Made by a program: the position numbers and the translations under genes
Notes under the pieces: generated by a model
Database searches by the model: none
Told to the model about the DNA's origin: nothing
The model's input: only the letters and a program-made list of their open reading frames with translations
Assembly: GCA_035510735.1 (NCBI GenBank)
Contig: DATKGN010000003.1
Location: forward strand, 14,208 to 78,207
Length of the DNA: 64,000 nt
Direction of reading: 5' to 3'
Origin: Patescibacteria group bacterium
GTDB lineage: Bacteria; Patescibacteriota; Microgenomatia; UBA10105; UBA927
Shown here: positions 1-10,338 of the stretch, piece by piece
How the letters are laid out: each line of letters opens with the position of its first letter
Position numbering within the stretch: position 1 is the first letter of the stretch

Positions 1-2
1 TC

Positions 3-1040
3 GGTCCTCCCCGGCCAAGAAATCTGCATTTTTTTACAAAAAATTCCGGTTACCCGACGTATTTCGGGCCAAAACCGAAAAATTACCGTGAACTTTGCCG
101 TATCAATCAAACGTATGCAGATATAGCCGCTTCTATTCAGGCAGTTACTGAGGAATTACTCATTGGTATGGCCAATACGGTGTATAAGGAAACGAGGCTT
201 GAAAACCTCGTTATTGGCGGCGGGGTTGCGCTAAATAGTGTCGCAAACACCATAATACTGCAAAGAACTCCCTTTAAACGGCTGTTTATCCAACCCGCAG
301 CCGGTGATGATGGCGGAGCCCTCGGTGCCGCGCTCTATGTATATCATGCGGTATTGGGGGGTAAACGCACGTGGTCGCAGGATACATCATATTTCGGCCG
401 CGGATATACCGACCGTGACATTATGACCTATCTCAAGGCGCACCGAATCCGGTTTACCAACATTGACAGTGAAAGTCGGCTTGCTGCGATCATTGCTAAT
501 GAACTCATCGCAAACAAGGTTGTGGGTTTTTTCCATGGCCGCGCCGAGTGGGGGCCCAGGGCGCTTGGGGCCCGTTCAATTCTCGCAAGTCCGCTGGATA
601 AAAAAATGAAGGATATCGTGAACGTCCGAATCAAATTCCGCGAACCGTACCGTCCGTTTGCGCCTGTTGTCATGGCAGAAAAAGTAAAAAACTATTTTGA
701 TGTCGGTGAGAAGGATTATAGGAATCTTGCTCATTTCATGCTCGGCGTTTTTCCGGTAAAAAAGGAAATGAGACATGTTATTCCTGCAGTAACTCATGTA
801 GACGGATCCGCACGGCCGCAGATTATTACCCGAAAGCAAAATTCCCTCTATTACGATATTGTGAAACGATTCGGTGATAAAACCGGTGTCTACGTACTCC
901 TCAACACGTCATTTAATCTGAAGGGCGAACCGATTGTTAATTCGCCCGAAGATGCACTGAAAACATTCAAAACATCAGGAATGGATGTATTGATTCTTGA
1001 ACATTGTATAGTGAGGAAACAGGATATTTCGTCTCTCTGA
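3..1040 (+). CDS. Carbamoyltransferase (NodU/CmcH/HypF family), C-terminal part. The frame stays open to the window edge, so the gene is 5'-truncated.
   Basis: Frame 3 has no stop from nt 3 to the ATG at 168. The 290 aa tail resembles carbamoyltransferase C-terminal domains by sequence recollection. Confidence 0.7.
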   Translation, partial: GPPRPRNLHFFTKNSGYPTYFGPKPKNYRELCRINQTYADIAASIQAVTEELLIGMANTVYKETRLENLVIGGGVALNSVANTIILQRTPFKRLFIQPAAGDDGGALGAALYVYHAVLGGKRTWSQDTSYFGRGYTDRDIMTYLKAHRIRFTNIDSESRLAAIIANELIANKVVGFFHGRAEWGPRALGARSILASPLDKKMKDIVNVRIKFREPYRPFAPVVMAEKVKNYFDVGEKDYRNLAHFMLGVFPVKKEMRHVIPAVTHVDGSARPQIITRKQNSLYYDIVKRFGDKTGVYVLLNTSFNLKGEPIVNSPEDALKTFKTSGMDVLILEHCIVRKQDISSL

Positions 1041-1099
1041 TGAGTGCACGTTCGTTCTTTGATATTGACGTAAGGTCTTTTTTCCCTTATTGTGAAAAT

Positions 1100-1561
1100 A
1101 TGGGGGACTTGTATAAGCGGACGGCACGTGGTTTTACCCTTATTGAGTTATTGGTAGTCATGGGTATTATTATCGTTCTCGTCGCTATTGTTCTTGTTGC
1201 CGTAAGTCCCGGGCGGCAATTCTCTCAGGCAAACAACACCAAACGCAGAAGCGATGTCGTTGCTATATTAAATGCAGTACAGCAATATGTGGTAGATAAT
1301 CATGGGGTGTTGCCCGCTGGCATAACGGCATCCGCCAAAACTATAGAAAAAGCCGGTGGTATTGATCTTTGTGCGTCGCTCGTAACGACCTACCTCGCCG
1401 CACTGCCTGTTGACCCGTTGACAAACAGCGGCACACTTGTTTCCGACTGTACATCTTCATACAACACAAATTATACAATCCTCAAGAGTGCGGCTGACAG
1501 CCGGATTACGGTCGCCGCCCCCGCCGCGGAGTTGAGCGCTACCATCAGTGCGACGCAGTAA
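1100..1561 (+). CDS. Type IV pilin / pseudopilin-like protein with a prepilin N-terminal cleavage and methylation motif
   Basis: Leader MGDLYKRTARG, then FTLIELLVVMGIIIVLVAIVL; this is the class III signal G|FTLIELL followed by a hydrophobic helix. The internal ATG at 1100 was chosen over the ORF-track start at 1004. Confidence 0.7.
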   Translation: MGDLYKRTARGFTLIELLVVMGIIIVLVAIVLVAVSPGRQFSQANNTKRRSDVVAILNAVQQYVVDNHGVLPAGITASAKTIEKAGGIDLCASLVTTYLAALPVDPLTNSGTLVSDCTSSYNTNYTILKSAADSRITVAAPAAELSATISATQ

Positions 1562-3017
1562 ACGAGATTTGGTAAAGGCCGATTGCATCTTCATTGTAGG
1601 GCTTGTTAAATATAATAATAGGCGTGAGATACGGCTGTGTCTCCGGTGTAATTAATGATAGCCGCGTCGCTAAATAGAGAGAACCCTTTTCCGTTATGGG
1701 TTCTAATTTTCTAAAATCGTGAATGTTTGTCATGGTCGCAAATATGATGCGTACGTACGGTTTAAAGTAATAGTATGTTAAAAGATAATCGCTTGGGTTT
1801 CCCGGGGAATCGGCAACAGCTAAAAGGAGTATTTTATCGTGCGGCACATGCGTGTCGATCCATGACACGAGCTCCGGAATGCCATACCCCGACGTCCAGG
1901 AAATCGCATAGTTTTGCTCGTGGACTGCGTTGGGGAAAAGATGGAAATAACCTGCAGGATTTACTATAAAGAAAAGTCCCCAGATTGAGAATAGACAAAA
2001 CGCTACAACGGGTGCGAACTTCCATTTGACTCTGTTAAAAAATATTGCCGTCATGACGGCCAAGAGCGGCAGGATCCCTATCATGCCGATAATGTAGTAC
2101 CTGGCGAGAATATTTTTTCCAATGAATATCGTGATCGCGATCGGTATAAAAAGCCAGATCATGAAGAGCACCGTACGGTCTTTGAGTTTGGGAAATCGAA
2201 TAGGATATGCCAAAAATATAATGAGCGGATTGAGGTAAAGTAAAAGGACGACCGGTGTCACGAGGAAATTCCGAAACCATACTGCAACGGGAAACTGAAA
2301 GAGCTCCTTTGCCGTGAACACAAAAAAGTCCGGTTCATGCAGAATGTTGGAAAAATTAGGTTGTAAAACCAGTGGGAGTATTATAAGCGCAGGGCCGAGG
2401 CACCACATCGCAATTCCAATAGTCACTTGAGTCGTACTAATATCGCCACGTAGCCTTTTCCATAAAAGTCCGAGCGTCGCAAGGAGAACGATAAGGAAAG
2501 CAGTCGTTTTTATCCAGAGGGCAATCCCGAGGAACACGGCGATAACTGGAATCTGCACCGGAATCTTCTTCTTCCATGGCTGGAGTATTAACCAGAGCGT
2601 GTAACAACTGACGGCAAAGAGAAGTCCGTCCATGAGTGCGAGGGTTTGGGTCAGGATAAAAAGGGGGCTTACGGCAAGCAATGCTAATGCGATATGTCGA
2701 ACCCGTTCGGGATATGAACGCTTCATAACATCGCTGAGAATAAAAAATACCGGAATGTTGACGAGAAATACCATAAGTCTTGCTCCGTATAACGGGTGAT
2801 GAAATATGAATGATCCGATCCCGAAGAGCCACATGGCAAGCGGTTGTCGGCTTACAAATGTGAGCGATGCCCATCGGAAATTTGGGTTATAGATCATGAG
2901 CTGCCCCCAGCGGATATAGAGTGACTCATCGGTAAACGGCGGGAAGGTGAAGAGAAAGTACAGACGATACGCAATAAATACGATGAATAATAAGACAAGC
3001 GTATATGATTTCTTCAT
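1545..3017 (-). CDS. Polytopic membrane glycosyltransferase, family GT39 (ArnT/PMT-like)
   Basis: 490 aa with more than 10 predicted transmembrane helices and GT39-like N-terminal loops. Its 3' end overlaps the convergent pilin gene by 17 bp. Confidence 0.55.
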   Translation of the reverse strand: MKKSYTLVLLFIVFIAYRLYFLFTFPPFTDESLYIRWGQLMIYNPNFRWASLTFVSRQPLAMWLFGIGSFIFHHPLYGARLMVFLVNIPVFFILSDVMKRSYPERVRHIALALLAVSPLFILTQTLALMDGLLFAVSCYTLWLILQPWKKKIPVQIPVIAVFLGIALWIKTTAFLIVLLATLGLLWKRLRGDISTTQVTIGIAMWCLGPALIILPLVLQPNFSNILHEPDFFVFTAKELFQFPVAVWFRNFLVTPVVLLLYLNPLIIFLAYPIRFPKLKDRTVLFMIWLFIPIAITIFIGKNILARYYIIGMIGILPLLAVMTAIFFNRVKWKFAPVVAFCLFSIWGLFFIVNPAGYFHLFPNAVHEQNYAISWTSGYGIPELVSWIDTHVPHDKILLLAVADSPGNPSDYLLTYYYFKPYVRIIFATMTNIHDFRKLEPITEKGSLYLATRLSLITPETQPYLTPIIIFNKPYNEDAIGLYQISFTASH

Positions 3018-3074
3018 GGTTTTCCTAAGAATATCACATTATATCAACATGCACGTGCTATAATCCGACGTACT

Positions 3075-3395
3075 ATGGTGGAGACATTAGATGCTAACGA
3101 ACAACCCGGGTTAACATTCATTGATTTTATTCAAGCGTGTGTTGACGGGGAGATGTGGAGTAAAACGTTAACGTATGATCAGTGGAAGAGAGAAAAGTTT
3201 GCAGAGACACTTTTACCCAAATACAACACCTTCGTTCTGAACGATCTCGAAGCGGCAAACGGTGATATAACCAAACTTCACGGTGGGAATTTTTATGACT
3301 GGATGGCTGAAGTCAAAGGCTTGGCATTAACTCCCGATGAAGAAGAAATGCGTTCGCATAAAGCACCTTTTGATCAAGCAGGTCAGGAGTTGTGA
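3075..3395 (+). CDS. Hypothetical protein
   Basis: 106 aa ORF, acidic, with no recognisable motif. Confidence 0.4.
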   Translation: MVETLDANEQPGLTFIDFIQACVDGEMWSKTLTYDQWKREKFAETLLPKYNTFVLNDLEAANGDITKLHGGNFYDWMAEVKGLALTPDEEEMRSHKAPFDQAGQEL

Positions 3396-4190
3396 CTATC
3401 CTATTCGATTTTGAATAAATCGGTACGTAAGATAGCTCGTGATGAGCGACACGGAAAATGCTGCGGCGGTTCCCACATATAGACCGAGTGATGGATACAA
3501 TAACTCAACCGCCAGCGCGTAAATGACCACATTCAACCCCCCGCTAATCATGAGCACTTTCATAATGGCGCTGGAAAAATCTTTTCCATGACTTAGACGT
3601 GTGATGATCATGGTTGATAACATAATAGCCGGGAATGATGCGAAAACACCTCCTAAAATAGGCCCTCCGAGCCTTGACGCAACGACAGCTCCCGCGATTA
3701 TCGACCCGCTAAGACACGCTCTAAATAGGATCTGCCCGAATGAGTAGGTCATTTTACGGCTGCCCTGGGAGCGGACGTCCGTACGCTTTCCGACAACGAA
3801 AATTGACGAAGCGTAGAGTACACCGAAAAGGATTAATGAGAGCCCAAGATTACTCAATTCAGACAGAACAACGAAAAATGAAAGAATAAACCAGATAACG
3901 AGAGGAATTGCAATGGAAGTAACAAATGAACGCTTAGATAAGAGGATATATACAGCACTAAACAGTGCATCTACGCCTAAAACAACCGGAATTGCGACGA
4001 CGGACTTTACCGCGAATGCGGGTGATTGCGTGAGTCCGATGAAAAACAGAGAAAGGACTGTTGTTGAGGGGATTCCTGTAATCACCCCTCCGATTTTCGA
4101 ACCATATTTTTCAGCGAGAATCGTTGCAGTCGTTATCCAAGTGGCACCAACAATAAAAGACAACATGAGGCGAACATAAAAAATATCCAT
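3396..4190 (-). CDS. Hypothetical integral membrane protein
   Basis: 264 aa, mostly hydrophobic with multiple transmembrane segments. It looks like two similar halves. Confidence 0.5.
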   Translation of the reverse strand: MDIFYVRLMLSFIVGATWITTATILAEKYGSKIGGVITGIPSTTVLSLFFIGLTQSPAFAVKSVVAIPVVLGVDALFSAVYILLSKRSFVTSIAIPLVIWFILSFFVVLSELSNLGLSLILFGVLYASSIFVVGKRTDVRSQGSRKMTYSFGQILFRACLSGSIIAGAVVASRLGGPILGGVFASFPAIMLSTMIITRLSHGKDFSSAIMKVLMISGGLNVVIYALAVELLYPSLGLYVGTAAAFSVSLITSYLTYRFIQNRIG

Positions 4191-4236
4191 ATGTCTATGA
4201 GCATTATACTCATTATGTCCATCCGGGGATGATATC

Positions 4237-4551
4237 TTAAATGACGTGCAATACCGCGAGTACTAATCCAATGATGATGACGACTACAATGAGGTGAGAA
4301 AATCCGACGATGGCGATAAGTCCGAGCGTCGATAACAACCACAATACAAGAAGAACCCCGGCGATAACACGAAGTGGCCCCGGCAACGATTCAATTGCCC
4401 AAAGGATTACCAAGAATATAAGTAAGTCCCAGAGGCTGATGGAATGGCCATTGAGCACAAACAGCGGGAAATTTGGGATCGATATCCCTTGGATATGTAT
4501 ATATCCAAAAAACCATAATACGACAAGAATAAGGAGTATGGCACCCAACAT
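4237..4551 (-). CDS. Small hypothetical membrane protein with internally duplicated transmembrane hairpins
   Basis: 104 aa with repeated LLIxLVxLW helices. Confidence 0.4.
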   Translation of the reverse strand: MLGAILLILVVLWFFGYIHIQGISIPNFPLFVLNGHSISLWDLLIFLVILWAIESLPGPLRVIAGVLLVLWLLSTLGLIAIVGFSHLIVVVIIIGLVLAVLHVI

Positions 4552-4668
4552 AACGAATTATTTTCATTATAACACGGTGAACAAACGTTGAAGCAACAGT
4601 ATATATATTGTAGCTGAGGTATTTTCCAATTATTATGAAACATCCCGTTCATACGATATAATCCCCCT

Positions 4669-5187
4669 ATGAATATAGAAGCAGTCCGTCATCGGTATCC
4701 GTTGCCCCAAGGAAGTTTTGAAGCATATTTACGACCGCGCATATCTCCGCCGTTGGATATTACCCGGCTGGAAGTCGGGTTCATGGCGGGGTCGGAGAGG
4801 TCGGAGTTGGTGACGCCTACGATTGGCAATATATCGCATATATTACAATACAAAGGAAAAGAAGGTGCGGTGAGCAGTTTTGAAATACGGCATGATGTTG
4901 ATCTCGTATTAGTTCAGCTTCAAGGCGCGAGATCTAGAGTCTCGTGGCGGGTGGCTACAGCGGTACGGTGGGATACGTTGCTACTGGACGAGGCCGTACA
5001 AATTGCAACTATTGAAGAAAGCGGAATTCAGCGCATCGGCATGCCAAATCCTCTCTTGATTCGTGGGATTGAAGACGCTGAATCTGAAGATGCGTTTAAT
5101 AGATATGAGGCATTTATAATTATCGCGGCGTTACAATGGTCAGCAGAAGATCAGCTTTACATACGGGATATTAAACCTGGCGTGTGA
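4669..5187 (+). CDS. Hypothetical protein
   Basis: 172 aa ORF with coding-like composition. Confidence 0.4.
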   Translation: MNIEAVRHRYPLPQGSFEAYLRPRISPPLDITRLEVGFMAGSERSELVTPTIGNISHILQYKGKEGAVSSFEIRHDVDLVLVQLQGARSRVSWRVATAVRWDTLLLDEAVQIATIEESGIQRIGMPNPLLIRGIEDAESEDAFNRYEAFIIIAALQWSAEDQLYIRDIKPGV

Positions 5188-5382
5188 GGAATTATATGAT
5201 ATGTCAATTCGTACATGTCGAACGTGGTATGGGCGGAAGTGCCATTGATGTTCGGATAAAAAACAGTACGACCCGTTCCGGGAAATACAATAAACTTGGA
5301 ATAATTTTCTAGCTACGATTTTCCCGTCCTGCATTGCTTATGAACGTATGACCTATTATTTGACGATATAGTGTTACCAAAT

Positions 5383-6600
5383 CTACACCGTTTTATGCTT
5401 CTTTCGAAGAAACGGTGATTCAATAAGCGTATACGAAGCAATTGCTGTAATTATCGTAATACTAAGCACTACAAAAAACCGACTAAAAGACGGTGTGCTG
5501 GAGTTTACAAATCCTGGTTTCAAATACAGAAGATCAAAGAAAACATAATGGTACAGATACAAACCATACGAGATAAACCCAATACCATAGAAAAAGGTTC
5601 TGGGGTGGATAAGAAGCTTGACAATACGGGAGACAGAATACTGTATTCTCCTGTACGTAAACACAACACTCCTGGAAATGATGTACCATCCGATTAAAAT
5701 GCAAAGTGAAGGCGGCAGAATAAACATACGATTTATAACATCCTTCGACCATGGGATAAACATAGCAAAGTGAATGTTATAGTTTATCCAAAGGTACAAA
5801 CTTATTAGCAGAATAACGTAACCTGCGTTTGGAATCCGCTTTTTAAGAGCTATTACGTCTGCTTTACGTTCACATATGATGTAGCTTAAAAACATCCCAA
5901 AAAGGAAATAATCGATCATCCCCCATACAGTCACGTAGACATTGAGCCGGAACATGTCAAAGCTAGCGACAAGACCCAGCGTCAACAACAGATACCGCAC
6001 GGCACAACCAAAACACAATATATACATCCCAACTACCAGCGGGTGAATTTTATGTACTATACGGGAGAGTGCTGCAAAAAGAAGCGGCGCAATGAGGTAA
6101 AATTGCATCTCGGTTGAAAGTATTGCTAAAAGTTGTTGAATGGGTAACGTGAGGTAGTCAAAATTAGCGGTAAAGGTAAAAAAACGCACGATGTAGTGTA
6201 GAGAAACAGCCGTCTGGCGATAAAAAATGAATATACAGGCCAACATACATACATAATATGCAGGAGCAATCCGAAGCCATCGATTAATATAATATGAGCG
6301 TAGTGATTTTATCGATAATGTATATTTTTTAGAAAAAAATCCGTATCCCACACTAAAACCGGATATAAGATAGAAGATGGGTACAGCAATCCCTCCGTCG
6401 GGGGCGACAATAAAGGAGAGATCGATTCCGTGAATCATGATCCAGCCGTTTATACGTTGGAGATGATCCCAAATAACAACAAGACATGCCAGCCCGCGTA
6501 GTCCCAAGACGGGGTCCAGACGCTCGGAATAGAAAATATATGATCGGATAGTACGCAAACAAGTTCTAATAATATTTGATTTTAACATACCATACATCAT
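5383..6600 (-). CDS. Acyltransferase family 3 (OafA/YrhL-like) membrane protein
   Basis: 405 aa with 10 or more transmembrane helices. The N-terminal LGLRGLACLVVIWDH motif is typical of acyltransferase-3. Confidence 0.6.
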   Translation of the reverse strand: MMYGMLKSNIIRTCLRTIRSYIFYSERLDPVLGLRGLACLVVIWDHLQRINGWIMIHGIDLSFIVAPDGGIAVPIFYLISGFSVGYGFFSKKYTLSIKSLRSYYINRWLRIAPAYYVCMLACIFIFYRQTAVSLHYIVRFFTFTANFDYLTLPIQQLLAILSTEMQFYLIAPLLFAALSRIVHKIHPLVVGMYILCFGCAVRYLLLTLGLVASFDMFRLNVYVTVWGMIDYFLFGMFLSYIICERKADVIALKKRIPNAGYVILLISLYLWINYNIHFAMFIPWSKDVINRMFILPPSLCILIGWYIISRSVVFTYRRIQYSVSRIVKLLIHPRTFFYGIGFISYGLYLYHYVFFDLLYLKPGFVNSSTPSFSRFFVVLSITIITAIASYTLIESPFLRKKHKTV

Positions 6601-6752
6601 TTCATAAACGTATTACACAGGACTCCGGTGCTACCCAATTTCCGGTAGATAGTCATTGATTACGAGGCTATTTTTAACCAAATTTTCGTTCGAAGTTGGT
6701 GAAGATAACAAATTATTTGTATAATCGTCGAGAGGCCCTACCTCGTCAAACT

Positions 6753-6797
6753 GCGCGCGGGAGCGCGCTGGAACCATTGGCGGCGCTTCGCGCCGCC
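6753..6797. other. Two perfect GC-rich stem-loops immediately upstream of the first array repeat
   Basis: The first is GCGCGC-ggga-GCGCGC at 6753-6768. The second is GGCGGCGC-ttc-GCGCCGCC at 6779-6797. Both sit in an AT-rich context. Confidence 0.5.
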
Positions 6798-6818
6798 CCG
6801 ACAAGCCGGAATTTGGTG

Positions 6819-6906
6819 CCCCTAGGAGACCATATACGAACCTGGTTTGGTTCAAATCAACAGCAAGCGGAGATATTGAAGGTAGTATATAAGTACTTAG
6901 CTATTT
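6819..6906 (+). repeat. Array repeat copy 1 (variant CCCCTAGGAGACC...)
   Basis: This copy starts with cccctaggagaccatatacgaacctggttt and ends with tatataagtacttagctatttag. It was aligned by eye to the other five copies. Confidence 0.75.
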
Positions 6907-7020
6907 AGGTGCCTCCAAATTACAGAATAAGTTTATTCATGCTCTTTGGATTTGACAGCTCACCGATTGCGACGTACTATCGGACCAAAATAAGGTATCG
7001 AGGTATATTTCACGAAATAT

Positions 7021-7503
7021 ATGGTCAATCTGGAAAACGATAGCGCTGCCCAAGAGGGTTCAGTGACCTCAGAGCCGCTACACCAGCTTTCTAATGAGGC
7101 AACACAACTTATTGATCTGGCGATGAGCAAGGTGAGAAAAGGGTCGATAGGCACAGATGGGAGCCAAACGGTTTTTCTTAGGCATGGGCGCCATCTCTAT
7201 AGAATTACTGACGAACAGGTAGAAGTGGAAAAGGTAGGACCAATTGTCACAGCTGTTCATTCCAAAGGATCGTTACGTTCTGGATTACATGTGGTGATAA
7301 TTGCTGACGAACCAGGCGGTTATTTTTTTAGCGTGGATCTACCTCGAAGTAGTAAAGAGAATTTCGATGAACAGGAGCTTCATCAACTCGGAGAAAAATT
7401 ATATCCCCATAGTACGGTTCATCTCACCGCAGCGCAGATAAAAGAAACTAAAAGAACAACAAAGGCAAATTGGGAAAGAGTGCTCCGATCCCCTTGGTAT
7501 TAG
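7021..7503 (+). CDS. Hypothetical protein (array gene 1)
   Basis: 160 aa ORF, followed by repeat copy 2. Confidence 0.45.
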   Translation: MVNLENDSAAQEGSVTSEPLHQLSNEATQLIDLAMSKVRKGSIGTDGSQTVFLRHGRHLYRITDEQVEVEKVGPIVTAVHSKGSLRSGLHVVIIADEPGGYFFSVDLPRSSKENFDEQELHQLGEKLYPHSTVHLTAAQIKETKRTTKANWERVLRSPWY

Positions 7504-7555
7504 CATTGGTGATCTGTGCGATAAAAGCTTTGCTTTTTGAAGCTAATTCAAGTAA

Positions 7556-7645
7556 CCCCTACGAGACCATATACGAACCTGGTTGAGGGAAAATCCTAGA
7601 GATGGTGAGTTGTTACAAGTGTCATATAGGTTTTTAGCTTTTTAA
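7556..7645 (+). repeat. Array repeat copy 2
   Basis: cccctacgagaccatatacgaacctggtt, then atataggtttttagctttttaa at the 3' end. Confidence 0.75.
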
Positions 7646-7826
7646 CAAATATTTTCTCGTTGGAACCAGCTTCTAGCCTCAATAAGAACATGGAAAGCAC
7701 TATTTGAACCTAGCCTCAACCCAACATGGTGTATAACTACCAATTAGGATTAGAATTATGACTATTTTTTAAAATATGCTTAAATAATATTATGGTTGGA
7801 TCTAAAATGCGAAGGATATAGAATAT

Positions 7827-8273
7827 ATGGTAATGAAAAACATTGTGTTCGCTGTAATTCTTAGTTTAATATACTTTCTTCCTGAGTTATTAACGTTGCA
7901 GCTAGGAAGTGTCATCACTGCGTTTACAAACCCTGCAATATTAGCTCCTCAAGCTGTCACGCAAATATATACGGAAGCCACATTTTTTCTAATTTCTATA
8001 GTCTTAATATTGGTAAATATATATCTTGCGAAAAGCAAGAAAGAAATTGCTCGCTATATGACGTATATTTTTGCTGCTCCACTCGTTGTAATGAGTCTTA
8101 TCGGGATTTACTTAGTCATTACGTTGATGCAGTTATTGTTGCAAAATAGACTCAGTGAAGGAATACTTACCTTTATGATGTTGATTTCATTCGACTTTTT
8201 TGGCCTTTTGGGAAGCTATGTGTATTTCTTTTTGATTCACCACAAAGTAAATAATGAACTAAAAAGAAAGTAA
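7827..8273 (+). CDS. Hypothetical membrane protein (array gene 2)
   Basis: 148 aa with about four transmembrane helices. A TATAGAAT -10-like box lies 3 nt upstream of the ATG, which suggests a leaderless transcript. Confidence 0.5.
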   Translation: MVMKNIVFAVILSLIYFLPELLTLQLGSVITAFTNPAILAPQAVTQIYTEATFFLISIVLILVNIYLAKSKKEIARYMTYIFAAPLVVMSLIGIYLVITLMQLLLQNRLSEGILTFMMLISFDFFGLLGSYVYFFLIHHKVNNELKRK

Positions 8274-8300
8274 GACCGCGCCAAATTGAGGCTGAACGAC

Positions 8301-8390
8301 CCCCTACGAGACCATATACGAACCTGGTTTGCTGAAAATAGACAAGAAGCGGAGATTTTGAGGGTGGTGTATAGATTATTGGTTATATAA
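8301..8390 (+). repeat. Array repeat copy 3
   Basis: cccctacgagaccatatacgaacctggtttgctgaaaat, then gtgtatagattattggttatataaa at the 3' end. Confidence 0.75.
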
Positions 8391-8443
8391 AATACCCCAA
8401 ATTTTACTTTGAGTGCTATAATTAGCCTGTCAATATAACCCAT

Positions 8444-9154
8444 ATGCTAAAACCGGAAGATTTTGAAAGAATGTTACGTAATCGACCTCAACAAGTAGGC
8501 GTGGAGAGGACTGAGCTTGAGTCTTATAGTAAACAACAAGAAGTTACGTACAATCAAAATGTTTTGTCAAAACAATTACAAGAGGCACAGGCAAAGGCGG
8601 ATTTGTTGAAATGCCAGACGGATTTAATTAAAAAATTTTATCAGGAAGCAGGAATCCAACAACGCATAATAACAATAGCATCATTAATTTCAGGAGGAAA
8701 AATCATTACAGATCGGTCACTTGATGATTCAAATATAACTTTGAATATTCCTTATCACTCGTTTACGGGTCGAATGATTATTCATGACCCATCTATGGAT
8801 AAGTCATACTCTTCATTCGGCACTATGCAAAGTGGCTCAAGTTCTTTACGTGAGGAAGGACAAAAGTTAAGCGCCCCAACTACCTTACATGATAGAATCT
8901 ATGTGAATATTGACTGCTCTATTCAACCGAATCCACTTCGTTTATACTTTAAAGTATGGCACATGCAGTGGCAACAAGAGAAAATGACTAACACAGGAGC
9001 AATTTTTCATCGTACTGGGTGGGTTGAACATGGAATCGGAGGTAGGGATTGGGTTTTTTCGGAAAACGAATGGCTTGGACCAGATGGATGTCTTGTTGAC
9101 GCAGCTTTTACTGACGCTTATGACAGTTATTTAGCTATAACTGGGCAAATTTGA
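8444..9154 (+). CDS. Hypothetical protein (array gene 3)
   Basis: 236 aa ORF. An extended -10 box TGCTATAAT lies at 8414-8422. Confidence 0.5.
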   Translation: MLKPEDFERMLRNRPQQVGVERTELESYSKQQEVTYNQNVLSKQLQEAQAKADLLKCQTDLIKKFYQEAGIQQRIITIASLISGGKIITDRSLDDSNITLNIPYHSFTGRMIIHDPSMDKSYSSFGTMQSGSSSLREEGQKLSAPTTLHDRIYVNIDCSIQPNPLRLYFKVWHMQWQQEKMTNTGAIFHRTGWVEHGIGGRDWVFSENEWLGPDGCLVDAAFTDAYDSYLAITGQI

Positions 9155-9176
9155 TTCCCTATTTAGCCTCAAGTAT

Positions 9177-9265
9177 CCCCTACGAGACCATATACGAACC
9201 TGGATGAGCCTCAATAGATCAGAAGGGGAGTTGTTGAGTGCCTCGTATAGATTGTTAGCACTTTA
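9177..9265 (+). repeat. Array repeat copy 4
   Basis: cccctacgagaccatatacgaacctggatgag, then cgtatagattgttagcactttag at the 3' end. Confidence 0.75.
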
Positions 9266-9428
9266 GCAACTTTTTCACAATTTTACACCGTTTAGGCTAC
9301 TACATAAGTTTAATTGTAACTAGAATTACCGTGTTAGGGTCTTCAGCTTGATAATATTGGGAACATGTATAGAAACGAGTTATGGTCTGTAATTTGAATG
9401 TCATATAGACTTATAGTATAATTAACTT

Positions 9429-10106
9429 ATGCAGAATAAAGAAATAAACGAATTTGATAAATCTGATAGGTTGTATGTTGCGGTACCAGAGAGATTCCAT
9501 ACACCAAAAATAGGACAAAAGGCCGTTGCCAGTCTTGAACTTATACCTCTAGCGACGTCTCAGGGAGATTTTGACGCTTTTTGTTATGGATTCTATAGTG
9601 ATGAAGCTGGCGATTTGGCAAGGCAGGCTGTTTTTCAAATGATAGCGCAGCTTATTGGAGAATTGGAATACGCTAAGACGAAAGGCATAAACAATTCATT
9701 AAGTACTCAAATGGCGCCATCGTTATTAGAACACTTTTCTAAACCGTTTGAAGCCGTGTCAATTGAAACATTACTGAATGGCTCTATTAATATTGTAAAT
9801 CCAAGAATGAGAACAAGCAAAGAGATCATGACATATAAGGATGGTAAATTAATAAACTATATGCCTATCATAAAACCTCCAATAGGACTTCCTGGGCTTG
9901 GCGGTGGGAATTACCAGGCAAGGACATTGCAACCTGAAGTATATAACTTAGGATTAATGTCAGTATGTACTACAAGAAGAGACAGTCATATGATTATTGA
10001 CAATCTTTTTGGAGCTCTTAGTTTGTTTATCGCTCAACCAGGATCAGTATTAAATCAGATGTCTGCGGACATTCGAAGAATTCAGGTAGCAAGAGCTTTT
10101 GAATGA
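9429..10106 (+). CDS. Hypothetical protein (array gene 4)
   Basis: 225 aa ORF. The -10 box TAGTATAAT at 9414-9422 ends 6 nt before the ATG, which suggests a leaderless transcript. Confidence 0.5.
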   Translation: MQNKEINEFDKSDRLYVAVPERFHTPKIGQKAVASLELIPLATSQGDFDAFCYGFYSDEAGDLARQAVFQMIAQLIGELEYAKTKGINNSLSTQMAPSLLEHFSKPFEAVSIETLLNGSINIVNPRMRTSKEIMTYKDGKLINYMPIIKPPIGLPGLGGGNYQARTLQPEVYNLGLMSVCTTRRDSHMIIDNLFGALSLFIAQPGSVLNQMSADIRRIQVARAFE

Positions 10107-10212
10107 GTAGAACGCTACTTTTGACTTCCCTAGGGTTCCTCGCAGGGTCATGTTTCAGCTACTGAACAGGCTGATACAAAGCGCCAAATGCAATATATCG
10201 GTTATGCAAGTA

Positions 10213-10308
10213 CCCCTAGGGGACCATATACGAACCTGGTTTAGGAAAAACCAACAAGATGTTGTGATGCTGCAGTCAATATACAGCTGGTTGGTTATTT
10301 AAGTCCCA
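10213..10308 (+). repeat. Array repeat copy 5 (variant CCCCTAGGGGACC...)
   Basis: cccctaggggaccatatacgaacctggtttagg, then atatacagctggttggttatttaag at the 3' end. Confidence 0.7.
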
Positions 10309-10338
10309 TGTGGGAAAAAGCTTAAATAGCAATCATAT

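Noticed and set aside
6631-6908. Small ORFs (6631..6855 minus, 6696..6908 plus) spanning the GC hairpins and repeat copy 1.
   Set aside because: They cover palindromic GC hairpins and the conserved repeat, and have no RBS or coding-like composition.
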